Assembly (NCBI GenBank): GCA_000165345.1
Contig: CM000431.1
Coordinates: forward strand, 384,001 to 448,000
Direction of reading: 5' to 3'
Length of the DNA stretch: 64,000 bases
Part shown: positions 30,420 to 40,936 of the stretch, in pieces
How positions within the stretch are numbered: the stretch's first letter is position 1
Layout of the letters: each line of letters begins with the position of its first letter
Position numbers and translations under genes: made by a program
Notes under the pieces: generated by a model
Databases searched by the model: none
The model's input: only the letters and a program-made list of their open reading frames with translations
Told to the model about the DNA's origin: nothing

Positions 30420-31415
30420 TTATATTGTCATTTCAACATTAATATTCTGAGTATTAGTATTTAACCATGGATGCTGAAGGGCTTCCAATGCAGTGATTCG
30501 CTTCTTAGGACAATATTGCAACAATCTGAATAACAGATCAACCCCAGCCTGATCAAGGTTTGGAAGAAGTGCATGGAGATTCAACTTTGGATTCACCTTC
30601 CACTGAGGAAATACGCTTTTATAGCAAGGAAGCTGAGTAACCCCTGGCCAATTACTCTCATTTGCAGTTCCAAGAAGCCTGAAAATATAAAATAAAGTAT
30701 CAATTTCACTGTCTCCCGGGAATATAGGCTTTCCAGAGATCATTTCTACCATAATACAGCCTACACTCCATAAGTCAACGCTACAATTATAACATCTTTG
30801 TCCAAGAAGAAGTTCAGGTGCACGGTACCATAATGTAACAACTTCGTGGGTATTTGGCTTTAAAGGAGGAGTAAAGGTTCTAGCAAGGCCAAAATCTGCA
30901 ATCTTAAGAGTGTTTCCTGAATCACTTAATAATAAATTTTGTGGTTTTAAATCACGATGTAAAATCCTTTTCCCGTGGCAGAAAGCCAAACCGCTGAGTA
31001 GCTGACGTAATAGAGACTTGACCTGGTTTATAGAAAGACCCTTTTTCCTGTTTAGTCTTAAATATCTTCTCAAGTCTGTCTCGCAATACTCAAAAATAAG
31101 CCATATCTGCATGCCCGTGCATGATACTTCCAGCAGCGCTACTATATTTGGGTGTTTTAACTCTCTTAATAGGACGATTTCTCTTATAGCTGTTGAAGGC
31201 AGTCCAACTTCATCCAATATCTCATCACTGTCAAACCTAATCTTTTTTAAGGCAACAACTTCCCCAGTATCTTTTCTTAAACCTTCCCAAACAATACCAT
31301 AAGTGCCTTCTCCAATCACTCTAACCATACTATAGTTTTTTTCTAGGCCTTGAGTATCTTCAAAAGTGCTTGTACATTCTGTTTGGCAGCCTACTGTGCT
31401 TGAGTGGACCTCCAT
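30420..31415 (-). CDS. Cyclin-dependent kinase (Cdc2-related, PSTAIRE-type).
   Basis: GEGTYGIVWEG, VALKKI, the cyclin-binding helix GLPSTAIREIVLLREL, HRDLKPQNLL, DFGLAR and WYRAPE. Confidence 0.85.
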   Translation of the reverse strand: MEVHSSTVGCQTECTSTFEDTQGLEKNYSMVRVIGEGTYGIVWEGLRKDTGEVVALKKIRFDSDEILDEVGLPSTAIREIVLLRELKHPNIVALLEVSCTGMQIWLIFEYCETDLRRYLRLNRKKGLSINQVKSLLRQLLSGLAFCHGKRILHRDLKPQNLLLSDSGNTLKIADFGLARTFTPPLKPNTHEVVTLWYRAPELLLGQRCYNCSVDLWSVGCIMVEMISGKPIFPGDSEIDTLFYIFRLLGTANESNWPGVTQLPCYKSVFPQWKVNPKLNLHALLPNLDQAGVDLLFRLLQYCPKKRITALEALQHPWLNTNTQNINVEMTI

Positions 31416-32322
31416 TTTAAAATCTCAAAATTCTAAGTTATGGAGCTTTAGCAAATAGTAATTTATTTGTATATTTTTACTTTATTATTAAACATATCTT
31501 TATCAGAGTATTCCAAAAGTTTTTGTTAATATAATCCACCTCTTATTAATACTAATTTTTCGATATTAATATTTCACTCCTCAATTTCCTACCGTTTATG
31601 CTTCTTTATTGTTTTCTTACACCTTTTGTTTGAATTTCTTTCATAAAATAAACTGGGGAGTAACTGGAGGGAAATTTTTTGTTGCTTTTTTATTAATATT
31701 TTGTTTTTTTTAAAATAATATTTATATATAAACAAGAAAGTTGTATTATGTCTTTTCTAACTCTGAAAATTTTTTCAATTCACATTATTCTTACTTTAGA
31801 TTTAGCTTAAATTCTCAATTTCTCAATAATAGTTTACTATTTTCTTAGCTTTCTCATAGAAATTATACAAAAGCCTACACAATATATTTTCAGTCATATA
31901 GTTATTTATATTTCTTCAAAATTATAATTCTTTAATTTATCGGAAATTAACCCAGGTATAGTTTGTACTTTTATTTCTTTTCCTACATAGCTTTCTTCGC
32001 ATTTATCTTGTAATCATATTTGTGCATATAACTTAACTTCGCTTCCTCCCACTCATAACACACAATAGTTATTTTCCAATTTTCAGATTTATTTAGAAAT
32101 TAATTAATTTTAACAACTCTTATTTTTAAAAATAAAATTGTCTCTACATGCATACATGCATTATTTATGCATTTGTTCTTTTTTATGTGGACAGCCGGTA
32201 TAGGAATTTTTAAAAAAAAGTATGTAATTATTACGTGTGAAAATAAATTAGTAAAATATAATTTGAAATAATTAATTTAATCAGTTTTAATCGAGAAAAT
32301 AAAGAGTAAAGATATATATTGA

Positions 32323-34092
32323 TTAAAAAACTAAAACAATAAATACAAGAAATATATTGTAGGCGAATAAAGCCAGAATAGAAGGAATAGAGTTTGTGTT
32401 TTTTGAATCCAAGTGATTGGAATCAGAATTGATTGAAGTTGGAGAGTAGCTAATTAAAGAAACTTGAACTTCAGAACTACAATGTTTCTTACTTGTACAA
32501 GTTAAAACTTGGTCAAGATCTTTATGAGCCTTTTCGGAAGTAATAGTGCTAGATCCATCAGGGGACTCACTGTTACAGCATGTAGAAAATGGGCTTAAAT
32601 CACAAGTATTTGAAACCAAACTTATGTTTTCAATACTATTACAACAACTTTCACCCAAAGATTTTTGTGAATTTTGGTAGTTAAATATTTGGTTTAAATC
32701 ATTTGGTAGTTTTTTATTAGCTTTTTGGATAAATTTGGAAGTATCTTTTCCAATAAAAGTTAACATCCAAACTACATCCGATATTTCTTTAATCCCTTTA
32801 AATTTTTCATACAATCTAGTAGACAACTTATCTAAAGTATCCCAAATAAAGTAATCATAGTCGTTGAAATTATTTTCTTGTCTAACTTGTACGATATTTA
32901 ATAAATGGTAAGAGCTGTTCCATTCTATTACACAACTCTCAGGGTCTCTATCTTTTATTGCAAGTGCTTTCGAAATGCTTATCTTCTGAAGATCATTATT
33001 GTTAATAATGTTATAATCATTCGAATTTGAATGCTTTATTAGAACGAAGCCCTTAATAAAGTTCAAAGAAAATGAAGAAATCAAGAGATTCAATTCATGC
33101 ATGGTTAATAGAGATATTCTATCGCTATCAAGAATCCAAAAAAGCCAGTTAATAGGAGACTTTAGCTCTGCTAATGAAAACGACCAAAAAATATGAGCCA
33201 TCGCTTTTGGAGTAAATGAGCAAATTTCCATCTTAGAAATTAATTCATACAAATCTGTTGGAACAATATCTGCTAATGAAAATGCATAACAAAGCATTGA
33301 AATATGTATTGGAAGAAATTTATCTATTGTTTGAATGCTCTTCCTTTTAAGGTTCTCAAATAGGTGAGGCGAAACAAGTCCGACTTTTGAATACGACCAT
33401 GCAATATTTGAAATCTGTTGTGGTTCTAAATTATCAAGTTCTGAAAGTATTTTTGGTATTGCATAAACAAAAAGATTTTTATTAAATTTTCCTGCCTTTG
33501 CAAATGACCATAAAATGATGCTCAAGTTAATTGAAATAAATCTTTCTAATTGAATAATTGACTCATTACAGACGAAATCAAATATTTTATGATTATTCAA
33601 TCCAAGCTTTACTAGAGACCAAGCAATATTTGACAGTTCTTTTGGAGAAAATCGACATGGAAAGTTACTCCTAAGTACTATTACATCCAAAAGAAGCCTA
33701 AATCTTTCATCTCGTTTTATTCTCCCTTTGAAGTTATTACTCTGGGATAATACAGCTAATTTGTGTAATATTGATACCATATTAATCTCATTTAAATAAT
33801 AAATATGGCAATGAACAATTCCTAAAAGCTCACCAAAAGACTCAGAAGCAGTAATTATTTTGTTCATTTTTAAATTAAATACAATATGTTCGTCCCTTGA
33901 ATACAATACTCCATTATTATAAGTTATATTTCTCTGCTCATAGGGCCCCGAAAATTGACCAATATAGCATTGGTGAGTTCTACTAAAATCAAAATATTGT
34001 TGAAATCCTGAGTTTGGTATAATATTTATTGGATTTGTTATAGAAATTTCATCATTGTTATGATGCAAATCTGCATTATTGCATGCTTGCAT
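32323..34092 (-). CDS. Hypothetical alpha-solenoid protein with about 37-residue repeats (heptatricopeptide/FASTK-like) and a C-terminal transmembrane tail anchor.
   Basis: At least five tandem units share xLSNIAWSxxKxGLxxxxLFxxL (LSNIAWSLVKLGLNNHKIF / LSIILWSFAKAGKFNKNLF / ISNIAWSYSKVGLVSPHLF / ISMLCYAFSLADIVPTDLY / MAHIFWSFSLAELKSPINW). The last 22 residues, IPSILALFAYNIFLVFIVLVF, are hydrophobic. Confidence 0.5.
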   Translation of the reverse strand: MQACNNADLHHNNDEISITNPINIIPNSGFQQYFDFSRTHQCYIGQFSGPYEQRNITYNNGVLYSRDEHIVFNLKMNKIITASESFGELLGIVHCHIYYLNEINMVSILHKLAVLSQSNNFKGRIKRDERFRLLLDVIVLRSNFPCRFSPKELSNIAWSLVKLGLNNHKIFDFVCNESIIQLERFISINLSIILWSFAKAGKFNKNLFVYAIPKILSELDNLEPQQISNIAWSYSKVGLVSPHLFENLKRKSIQTIDKFLPIHISMLCYAFSLADIVPTDLYELISKMEICSFTPKAMAHIFWSFSLAELKSPINWLFWILDSDRISLLTMHELNLLISSFSLNFIKGFVLIKHSNSNDYNIINNNDLQKISISKALAIKDRDPESCVIEWNSSYHLLNIVQVRQENNFNDYDYFIWDTLDKLSTRLYEKFKGIKEISDVVWMLTFIGKDTSKFIQKANKKLPNDLNQIFNYQNSQKSLGESCCNSIENISLVSNTCDLSPFSTCCNSESPDGSSTITSEKAHKDLDQVLTCTSKKHCSSEVQVSLISYSPTSINSDSNHLDSKNTNSIPSILALFAYNIFLVFIVLVF

Positions 34093-34486
34093 TTTGATTC
34101 GTTTGAGATTGTTTTTTTAGTACTAAATTACTGGACAACTAATTTCCAACAATAAAGTAGTACAAAATTAAATAATCATTAAAAATTCTTGCAACTTAAT
34201 TGCATGTTTGTTGCAAATTTTAGTTTTTTTATTTTTATTTAGAATTTGCTCTTTTTTACTTACATGCTCGATGCCACTATTTTTAATAAATTAATTTTAA
34301 AAAAATGTTGGCGCCTATTACCTAAAAAAAAAATGCAGAATAGGTTTGTAATTAAAACTGAAAAATTAGGGTACAAATATATTAAAAAAAAAATAGATAC
34401 AACTCTGTACACCTGAAAATTCATATAGTATTTTATTGGATGAATTGAAAGGTATTCTTTGATCGGTTTAACGGCAGTATTCAAAT

Positions 34487-35101
34487 ATGAAGTTAAATTT
34501 TGATTTTCAAGGAGTTTTTAAAAGTATAAACTTGAAGGAAAACCTTAATTTTAATAATTGTGTATCTGCATATAACAATATTAAGAGTTATGCAGCAAAT
34601 GCATTCAAAAGCTGTGAAGATGATATTAGTTTATTCCTTGAAGGAAAGCCTTTTGTATTATCAAACATTAACTACAATGAGTTAAGTAATAAATTAATTA
34701 AGGTTAGGAAGAATATTGAAAATGGTCTTAAGGGTGGAAAGGGAGGTTTTGGAGCAACAATAAAGAGTCAGAAGAGAAAAGTAAATGTAAGAGAGCTAAG
34801 CGTTGACCTTTGTAGAGACTTAAAGACAGGAAAGCGCATCAAAGACTTAAATAAATCTGGAAATAATGTTGAAAGTAAAGTCGAGGGTAGTTCTAGAACA
34901 AAAAGTTCAAGTTCTACTAATAGTGGTAGTATTAGTAGAAATTCTAAAGTTCTAGAAAATTCATGTTCTATAGTCAATTCTGAAAATGAGTTGTTAACTC
35001 AATATCAGTCCCATGTTTTAAATTTAGAGAATAAATGGAAGAATATTTCAAAATCTGTTGATTTTGGCATGAATAATTTGAACCAAAAAGTTAATGTTTG
35101 A
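34487..35101 (+). CDS. SDE2-like protein (N-terminal UBL-like region plus a GG-K processing motif).
   Basis: GLKGGKGGFGATIKSQKRKVNVRELSVDLCRDLKTGKRIKDLN matches human SDE2 [40 protein letters not shown]. Confidence 0.6.
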   Translation: MKLNFDFQGVFKSINLKENLNFNNCVSAYNNIKSYAANAFKSCEDDISLFLEGKPFVLSNINYNELSNKLIKVRKNIENGLKGGKGGFGATIKSQKRKVNVRELSVDLCRDLKTGKRIKDLNKSGNNVESKVEGSSRTKSSSSTNSGSISRNSKVLENSCSIVNSENELLTQYQSHVLNLENKWKNISKSVDFGMNNLNQKVNV

Positions 35102-35503
35102 ATTCTTCTCTTGTATACAAGAGGAAGAAAAGTTGTGTTTTCTAATCCACTGATACTTTCATTTATTGTAAATAACCAAATAGTTCACGTTTTAAGTTAA
35201 AATCAAATTTCAATTAGTTTTTATAATACCTTATTTAATTAATTTCCCCCCCCCCCTTTTATTTTTTAATACCGGTATTATTTTCATGTGGATAATTGTA
35301 TTAGTTGTCAGAATGCATGCACGCAATTTTTATGTCATTTTTTACATGCAGAGAAATTAGCAATAAAAATCGTAATAAAGGAATAGAAAAATCATTCCTA
35401 TTGTATACAAAAAAAAGAATAAGAAATTACTGCGATATTAAACTAAGATAAAAATTTGATAAAATATAGCTCGGATAATAAAAGGTAGAATTTATTTGGT
35501 AAA

Positions 35504-38500
35504 ATGCTATATTTGAAGTTTATATTAAATATTCTTATCTTTTTTGCAGGCAAAACACTCTCGGAGCCTCTTCCATTTTCATCGGATGAGGTTACCGTTG
35601 TTCCATTTCCTCCTTTCATCCCAGTAGCAGGAGGTTATGTACCAGAGCCACAAAATAATGGAACAACTATTGATTACGTCCAAAAAAGTAGGAATGACTA
35701 CTTTGGGAGTGAGTTAAGCCAAATAGTAAACTCCCCAAACTTTCATCTGGTCACTATTCAAAATGGAGAACAAAATAAACAAGTTTGGGCGTTTGTACTT
35801 GGAAATGAAAAGAAAGTATTTGCATATAGAACAGAAAACATAAGTATTACTGATCCACTACATCTGGGAAGTAATTGGAATGTTATCAGTAATAGTGAAT
35901 CGAACGTTTGGCCAGTAAAAATGAGATTTGTATACCCTTCTTGCCACAATATGGTTAAAGATAAGGATGAAGAAGGGGTGGATTGCGGAGGTCCTTGTAA
36001 ACCTTGTAATATGTTTAACAGTTGTAGAATTGGGCTGGATGATCTAAGAACACATAAAATTTTAAAGTACTCCACATGTATTGGTGAGTTGAAACATGGA
36101 GAGTTTTGTTCTCTCACATGTCCTGTTGGATATAGAATGAAAGACTTAACCAAGATGAAGAGTGAAATTTATTCTCAGTGTTATGATGGAAGGCTCAACC
36201 AACTGATATTTGGGAATATGCAAGCCCCAATGACAGGAGAAAGCTACTATTCAAGAGAATATAGAGGATTTAGAAACATGTTGGAAAGTGAGGTGAGTCA
36301 TTTGGATCAGGAGTTTAATGAACTGTGTGAGTCTCCCTTTGAATATATGTGTAAATATATTTCTTTAAGGTTAAAAAGGTCATCTTTGGAAGAGGATGGA
36401 GAAGGAATAAATTATAGAATGCCTTGTGAGGGAATTTTTACGGCAGTACCAAGATATCATGGTAAAAAGAGCTATTGGGTGTCAGTCAATTCAAGAGGTG
36501 AAAGAGTTACTTTATTTTGGAAGGAAAATACTTGGATATGTGTAAACACCCTCTCAAATTCTGTATTGGGTTATATTCAGGATTCAAATCCAGCTTTATT
36601 GTTATCTGAAGAGCATATGAGTAATTTAGTTTGGATACCATGGTCAGAAAATGGTCCTTTAAATCAAAATAGGTCATATGTTATATTAAGATGTAGTAAA
36701 AAGAAGCCAAGAGAAGTTCCAGGTAGATGTAATTCACTTACAATGCAAGGTTGGAATTACGGAACCAATTACAATGGTATATGGGTATCTGTTGGTGAAA
36801 GTACTGATATTTTTAATGGAGATATAAGAGGTATATATATTAAGCCATATAGCAATTTAGTATTACTATATAATATGTATAAATTACAATGGGAAATATA
36901 TGAACGCTTGGGGGATGTTTCATATGAAAAATTGAAGCAAGTAATGCGACAAGATGGAAAGATTAAAGATAGAGTATTGAATGAAGAAAACACTTATCTT
37001 AAGGAGAACAATAAAGGATGGGTACTTAGAGCAATGAATCCACACCCAAATCCTTCTCCTCCTAAGGGAAAATGGCTCACTACACCAAAAAGTAATTTTG
37101 AGGAAGAAAATATATTGCAAATAAAATACTATCATATTGATGTTTATTGTGATTCAAGCGTAACTACTCTATCTGGTGGTGATGTTCATCTTAGTCCAAT
37201 AAAGCTGGTAAGAGCAATAAATGAGGATCCTGTTGTATGTTCATCAGAGAAGCCAGTAACTAGCTTTTCACTCAATTTGGACTTTTCAAATTTAGCATTC
37301 AAACCAAGAAATAGTTATATTGATAGGTATGATGGTAGATTTTCTGGAAATGGTTGCAAGTATATGGAAGTTAAAGGAACCACAATAGAGGCAACGGAGT
37401 GCTCAGGATTCTTTAGAAAAGAGGAGTTAACTCAGGGTGAAACCATTTGGAAGAAGATTGCGAGCAACTCTAGAATTGTATTATTTTATTGGACAGGAAT
37501 TAAATGGATTTGTACAAGAAATGATAGTAGTAATACGATACTTGGATATATTGACAATGAAGAACAGGAAGAAGGGTATTGGTTGAATAAGATTGATTCT
37601 TCAGCAGGAGCTTACATAAAGACAAGAACAACATTGAAATGTTTTAAAAATCATCCTCAGGAATCAGGAGCTGAACATTCTTGTAACAGGGCATTATTGA
37701 AAGGCTGGCCTATTGGAATGGAAGCTTTAAATGGAAATTGGGACTTGAATAGATATGAAGTTTATATTGAAGGAAACAAAAATGGAGATGAATTGAGCAG
37801 GAGTAAGAAGGAAATTAAATACTATGAACACAGGAGATCTGATGGATGTAAATTATATCTTTATTTTGATGATAATGTGGGCTACACAGTTATTACTAAT
37901 AATCATCCAAAAAGCAGACCAGAATTGGAAAACAAGAAAGACAAAAAGAATAAATATATTGCAATTTATAAGGACGAACTTCAGGGAACTCCTATATTAA
38001 AAGGACAAGATTCTCATCACGTTCAATGGCTATATTATCCAATTGATGAAGATAATATGGCAAATTTGAGTTCTCCAAGAGCGCTTTCTAGTACATATAT
38101 TTACACTAAATGCCGAGATAATGAAGAGCATTATTCTAAAAGACAAAATAGTCAAGGAAGAGGTTTTGATGAAGAAGATATGAATAATTCTATTAATTTT
38201 AGTAATGAAGGAGAGAATAAGAACAATTCTCAATTACAAAATACAAGTACAAAGAAACAAAATAGAGTTTCATTGGGAGGTAGAAAGCTAGCTAAAGGTA
38301 AATCAATTAGCAAAATTTCTCAATGTAGTGAATACAAAATTATGGGATTTAATAAGCCTTTGGAATCTTTAAATGGAATTTGGAAAAGGGATGAAAGTTA
38401 TCCAAAACAAGGAGAGACTTCATCTGCAGAATCAATCTTGGAACTTTATAAATGTACAAATAGTAATGACAAGGATATTTATATTTATTATTCGGAGGCT

Positions 38501-40354
38501 CCTTTAAATAAGACTGGATGGTTTTTGGACTATGATCTTAATCCATTGAATGGTTTCATTGCATTGGGGACTAATAGCACTTCAGATGGATTAACATCTT
38601 CTTGGAGACTTTGGAGTTTAACAGAAAAGAAATGGAATAATTTGGACCTTAGTTTGGAATGCCAAGATCAAACTAATAATTCTAATGTTAATAATAAAAA
38701 GACAATTTTTACTACTACTGATAGCAAAGTATTGGTGAATGGATTTGAAGTATTGGAGAGTGAATCTCCAAAAGAATTGAGTATAATTCCTTTTGAAGAT
38801 GTGGAGGATCATATAAAAACCGCACCAATTCGTGAAATGCCAATACCATTTTTCACTGCAAGCTTACCATTAATAGGACAATTAGCAGCAAATGCTTTTC
38901 CTATGATAAAAGGTATATCAAGCTTAGCTCCAAAGAAGCCAAAGCCAACAAATGAAGATTTATTAGGATCACCAGTGACAGCATCAGCAATTTTACCCAA
39001 CTTGGACATATTTTCAACTGCTGAACAATTAAGACAAAATATTACAAAGAGCAGACAAAATGAAAGGCCTAGTATATATTATGATCCATCTTTACTTCCT
39101 CGAAATAGTATGAATGGAAATAATATTCCTTCAGTAATGCCTTATGATCAATTTGGCCCTCCTGTGAATATGTATAATCCAAGAAATGACATTCCCAACT
39201 ATAACTACTTGCCAGGACAACACAATATGTTTTATTCTCCTATAGGGCCTGGAAACATTCATAACAATAATATGTTTGATCCCAGTCTGGGTCCAAGCAA
39301 TAACTATTTTTATAATCCGTACAATAATAATAATTTCAATGGTATTCAACAACAACAAAACACTGGAAATGAGATGAGAGATATTTCTTACTTGAATAAT
39401 CAGCAGCAACAGCAACAACAACTTCTTCAGCAACAACAGGAACTACAGAAGGAGCAACTTGAACAGCAGCAACAGTTGCAATCTCAGCAGCAACAGCAAC
39501 AGCAGAAATTACAAAAGCAGCAGCTAGAGCAGTTTTACCATCCAACTCAAAATGCACAACAAATTAATGAAATACCAACATTGGCAGGAGATCATGAAAG
39601 CGTTAATGGCCAACTATTATACTATGTAAACGGAAATTTTAGCCAAGGAGGGAATAATTTGGAGATACCTGTTTCTACAAGCACAACTACTACCACAACA
39701 ACTACCACCACAACCACAACAACTACTACTACCACAACAACAACTACCACCACAACCACAAGTACAACTACCACCACAACTACTACCACCACAACTACTA
39801 CTACCACAACCACAACTATTGCTACTACTACTGAAATTGAAAATTCAAATAGAGATAACATGATTCCAGGAATTTCAGAAGAGGGAAGGAAAGAGTGTCC
39901 TGAAGATAAAGAGTGGGTAGTGGAGCATGGAAAGTTATTAACTGAATCAGGGAGCATAACAAATAAGTACAAGGTGATAATTGTGAGCATTTTGTATCAA
40001 GAAGATTTAAAGCTAAATTATTTACAAGGAGTATATAGTTTCAACGGGATTTTCAATGGCAGACCTTCATATAGACATTTTGTAAATGGAGTAAGAAATG
40101 AATCAAATAATCTTCCAGAGTTAAAAACTTCAAATTTGGATGTTTCACTTTTTTATGACAAGAGATTAAGGTCATGGATATTCGGAGATTTAGAGAATAT
40201 TGGTTATAATACAGAAGAGTCAATATATATAAGAAGCTCACAAAGTGACTGTCTTGTTCCATGGGACTCCACGATTACATGGAAAAATGCAAGTAATTCA
40301 GCTTCTTTACCATTAATTATTTCAGTAAGAGCAGGAGAAAGCATTAATTATTAA
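35504..40354 (+). CDS. Large secreted mucin-like glycoprotein. It has a signal peptide, a Cys-rich region, three copies of an approximately 300-aa module, a poly-Q/N/P linker, a roughly 50-residue poly-Thr tract and a C-terminal globular domain.
   Basis: N-terminal signal peptide MLYLKFILNILIFFAGKTLSE. Cys cluster CGGPCKPC...C. A repeated module marked by GW..G...NG.W (MQGWNYGTNYNGIWV, LKGWPIGMEALNGNWDL, IMGFNKPLESLNGIWKR). A CAG/CAA poly-Q stretch (39401-39535). ACN-codon poly-Thr (39676-39832). Confidence 0.8.
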   Translation: MLYLKFILNILIFFAGKTLSEPLPFSSDEVTVVPFPPFIPVAGGYVPEPQNNGTTIDYVQKSRNDYFGSELSQIVNSPNFHLVTIQNGEQNKQVWAFVLGNEKKVFAYRTENISITDPLHLGSNWNVISNSESNVWPVKMRFVYPSCHNMVKDKDEEGVDCGGPCKPCNMFNSCRIGLDDLRTHKILKYSTCIGELKHGEFCSLTCPVGYRMKDLTKMKSEIYSQCYDGRLNQLIFGNMQAPMTGESYYSREYRGFRNMLESEVSHLDQEFNELCESPFEYMCKYISLRLKRSSLEEDGEGINYRMPCEGIFTAVPRYHGKKSYWVSVNSRGERVTLFWKENTWICVNTLSNSVLGYIQDSNPALLLSEEHMSNLVWIPWSENGPLNQNRSYVILRCSKKKPREVPGRCNSLTMQGWNYGTNYNGIWVSVGESTDIFNGDIRGIYIKPYSNLVLLYNMYKLQWEIYERLGDVSYEKLKQVMRQDGKIKDRVLNEENTYLKENNKGWVLRAMNPHPNPSPPKGKWLTTPKSNFEEENILQIKYYHIDVYCDSSVTTLSGGDVHLSPIKLVRAINEDPVVCSSEKPVTSFSLNLDFSNLAFKPRNSYIDRYDGRFSGNGCKYMEVKGTTIEATECSGFFRKEELTQGETIWKKIASNSRIVLFYWTGIKWICTRNDSSNTILGYIDNEEQEEGYWLNKIDSSAGAYIKTRTTLKCFKNHPQESGAEHSCNRALLKGWPIGMEALNGNWDLNRYEVYIEGNKNGDELSRSKKEIKYYEHRRSDGCKLYLYFDDNVGYTVITNNHPKSRPELENKKDKKNKYIAIYKDELQGTPILKGQDSHHVQWLYYPIDEDNMANLSSPRALSSTYIYTKCRDNEEHYSKRQNSQGRGFDEEDMNNSINFSNEGENKNNSQLQNTSTKKQNRVSLGGRKLAKGKSISKISQCSEYKIMGFNKPLESLNGIWKRDESYPKQGETSSAESILELYKCTNSNDKDIYIYYSEAPLNKTGWFLDYDLNPLNGFIALGTNSTSDGLTSSWRLWSLTEKKWNNLDLSLECQDQTNNSNVNNKKTIFTTTDSKVLVNGFEVLESESPKELSIIPFEDVEDHIKTAPIREMPIPFFTASLPLIGQLAANAFPMIKGISSLAPKKPKPTNEDLLGSPVTASAILPNLDIFSTAEQLRQNITKSRQNERPSIYYDPSLLPRNSMNGNNIPSVMPYDQFGPPVNMYNPRNDIPNYNYLPGQHNMFYSPIGPGNIHNNNMFDPSLGPSNNYFYNPYNNNNFNGIQQQQNTGNEMRDISYLNNQQQQQQQLLQQQQELQKEQLEQQQQLQSQQQQQQQKLQKQQLEQFYHPTQNAQQINEIPTLAGDHESVNGQLLYYVNGNFSQGGNNLEIPVSTSTTTTTTTTTTTTTTTTTTTTTTTTTTSTTTTTTTTTTTTTTTTTTIATTTEIENSNRDNMIPGISEEGRKECPEDKEWVVEHGKLLTESGSITNKYKVIIVSILYQEDLKLNYLQGVYSFNGIFNGRPSYRHFVNGVRNESNNLPELKTSNLDVSLFYDKRLRSWIFGDLENIGYNTEESIYIRSSQSDCLVPWDSTITWKNASNSASLPLIISVRAGESINY
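39401..39535 (+). repeat. CAG/CAA-rich coding repeat (poly-Gln) in the mucin gene.
   Basis: CAGCAGCAACAGCAACAACAAC... Confidence 0.7.
39676..39832 (+). repeat. Imperfect ACN trinucleotide (Thr-codon) repeat array encoding the mucin poly-Thr tract.
   Basis: About 52 consecutive ACA/ACT/ACC codons, interrupted by AGC, AGT, ATT and GCT. Confidence 0.8.
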
Positions 40355-40514
40355 AATATTTAATATTCAACAATACAAACAAGTTAAAAGTAATAAATCC
40401 AATTCTATTAATACCTAATTGCAGTTTTGAGTTATGAATAAATTCCATACTTATTCGCACCGAGTTTAAACTAATAAATATTACTATTTAATTATGCAGT
40501 TAATCTCAAAAAAA

Positions 40515-40540
40515 TTGGGCGCCAACCTCTGGCGCCAATT
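40515..40540. promoter_or_regulatory. E2F-like double box TTGGGCGCCAACCTCTGGCGCCAATT.
   Basis: Two GGCGCCAA cores 3' of the mucin gene and 5' of the CRAL-TRIO gene. Confidence 0.5.
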
Positions 40541-40911
40541 ACAGGCAATGTGCAATAATATAACTGATCAAATAATAAATGTAAATATTATTAAAGAATA
40601 AATTGAGCTAATACTGGCGAAGGGACAAGCAAAATTTTTTTTTTTTCAACAAAAAAAGAAATTTAAAGAATTGTGAGATAAAGAAAAGTGGTGTATTAAC
40701 AATTGGATGAAATAGAAGGGTTTGTATAAATAAATGTTCATTTTCAGCAGCATAAACTTTTGGAGAAAGCTATAGCTATAAAATAAATGGAAGGATTATT
40801 AAGAATTTTACAATATATAGACAATAATTTTTGAAAGTGAATATTGTATTTTTATTTGAACCAAACTTTGGACAAAATTGTGGTTTCAAATCAAAGAAAA
40901 TCAAGAATAAC

Positions 40912-40936
40912 TATATATATATATATATATATATAT
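40912..40936. repeat. (TA)12 microsatellite.
   Basis: TATATATATATATATATATATATAT in an intergenic region. Confidence 0.85.

Noticed and set aside
39622-39990. 122-aa minus-strand ORF with a poly-Val run.
   Set aside because: It is the mirror image of the ACN poly-Thr codon array inside the mucin CDS (GTN is the antisense of NAC). It is a low-complexity artefact.
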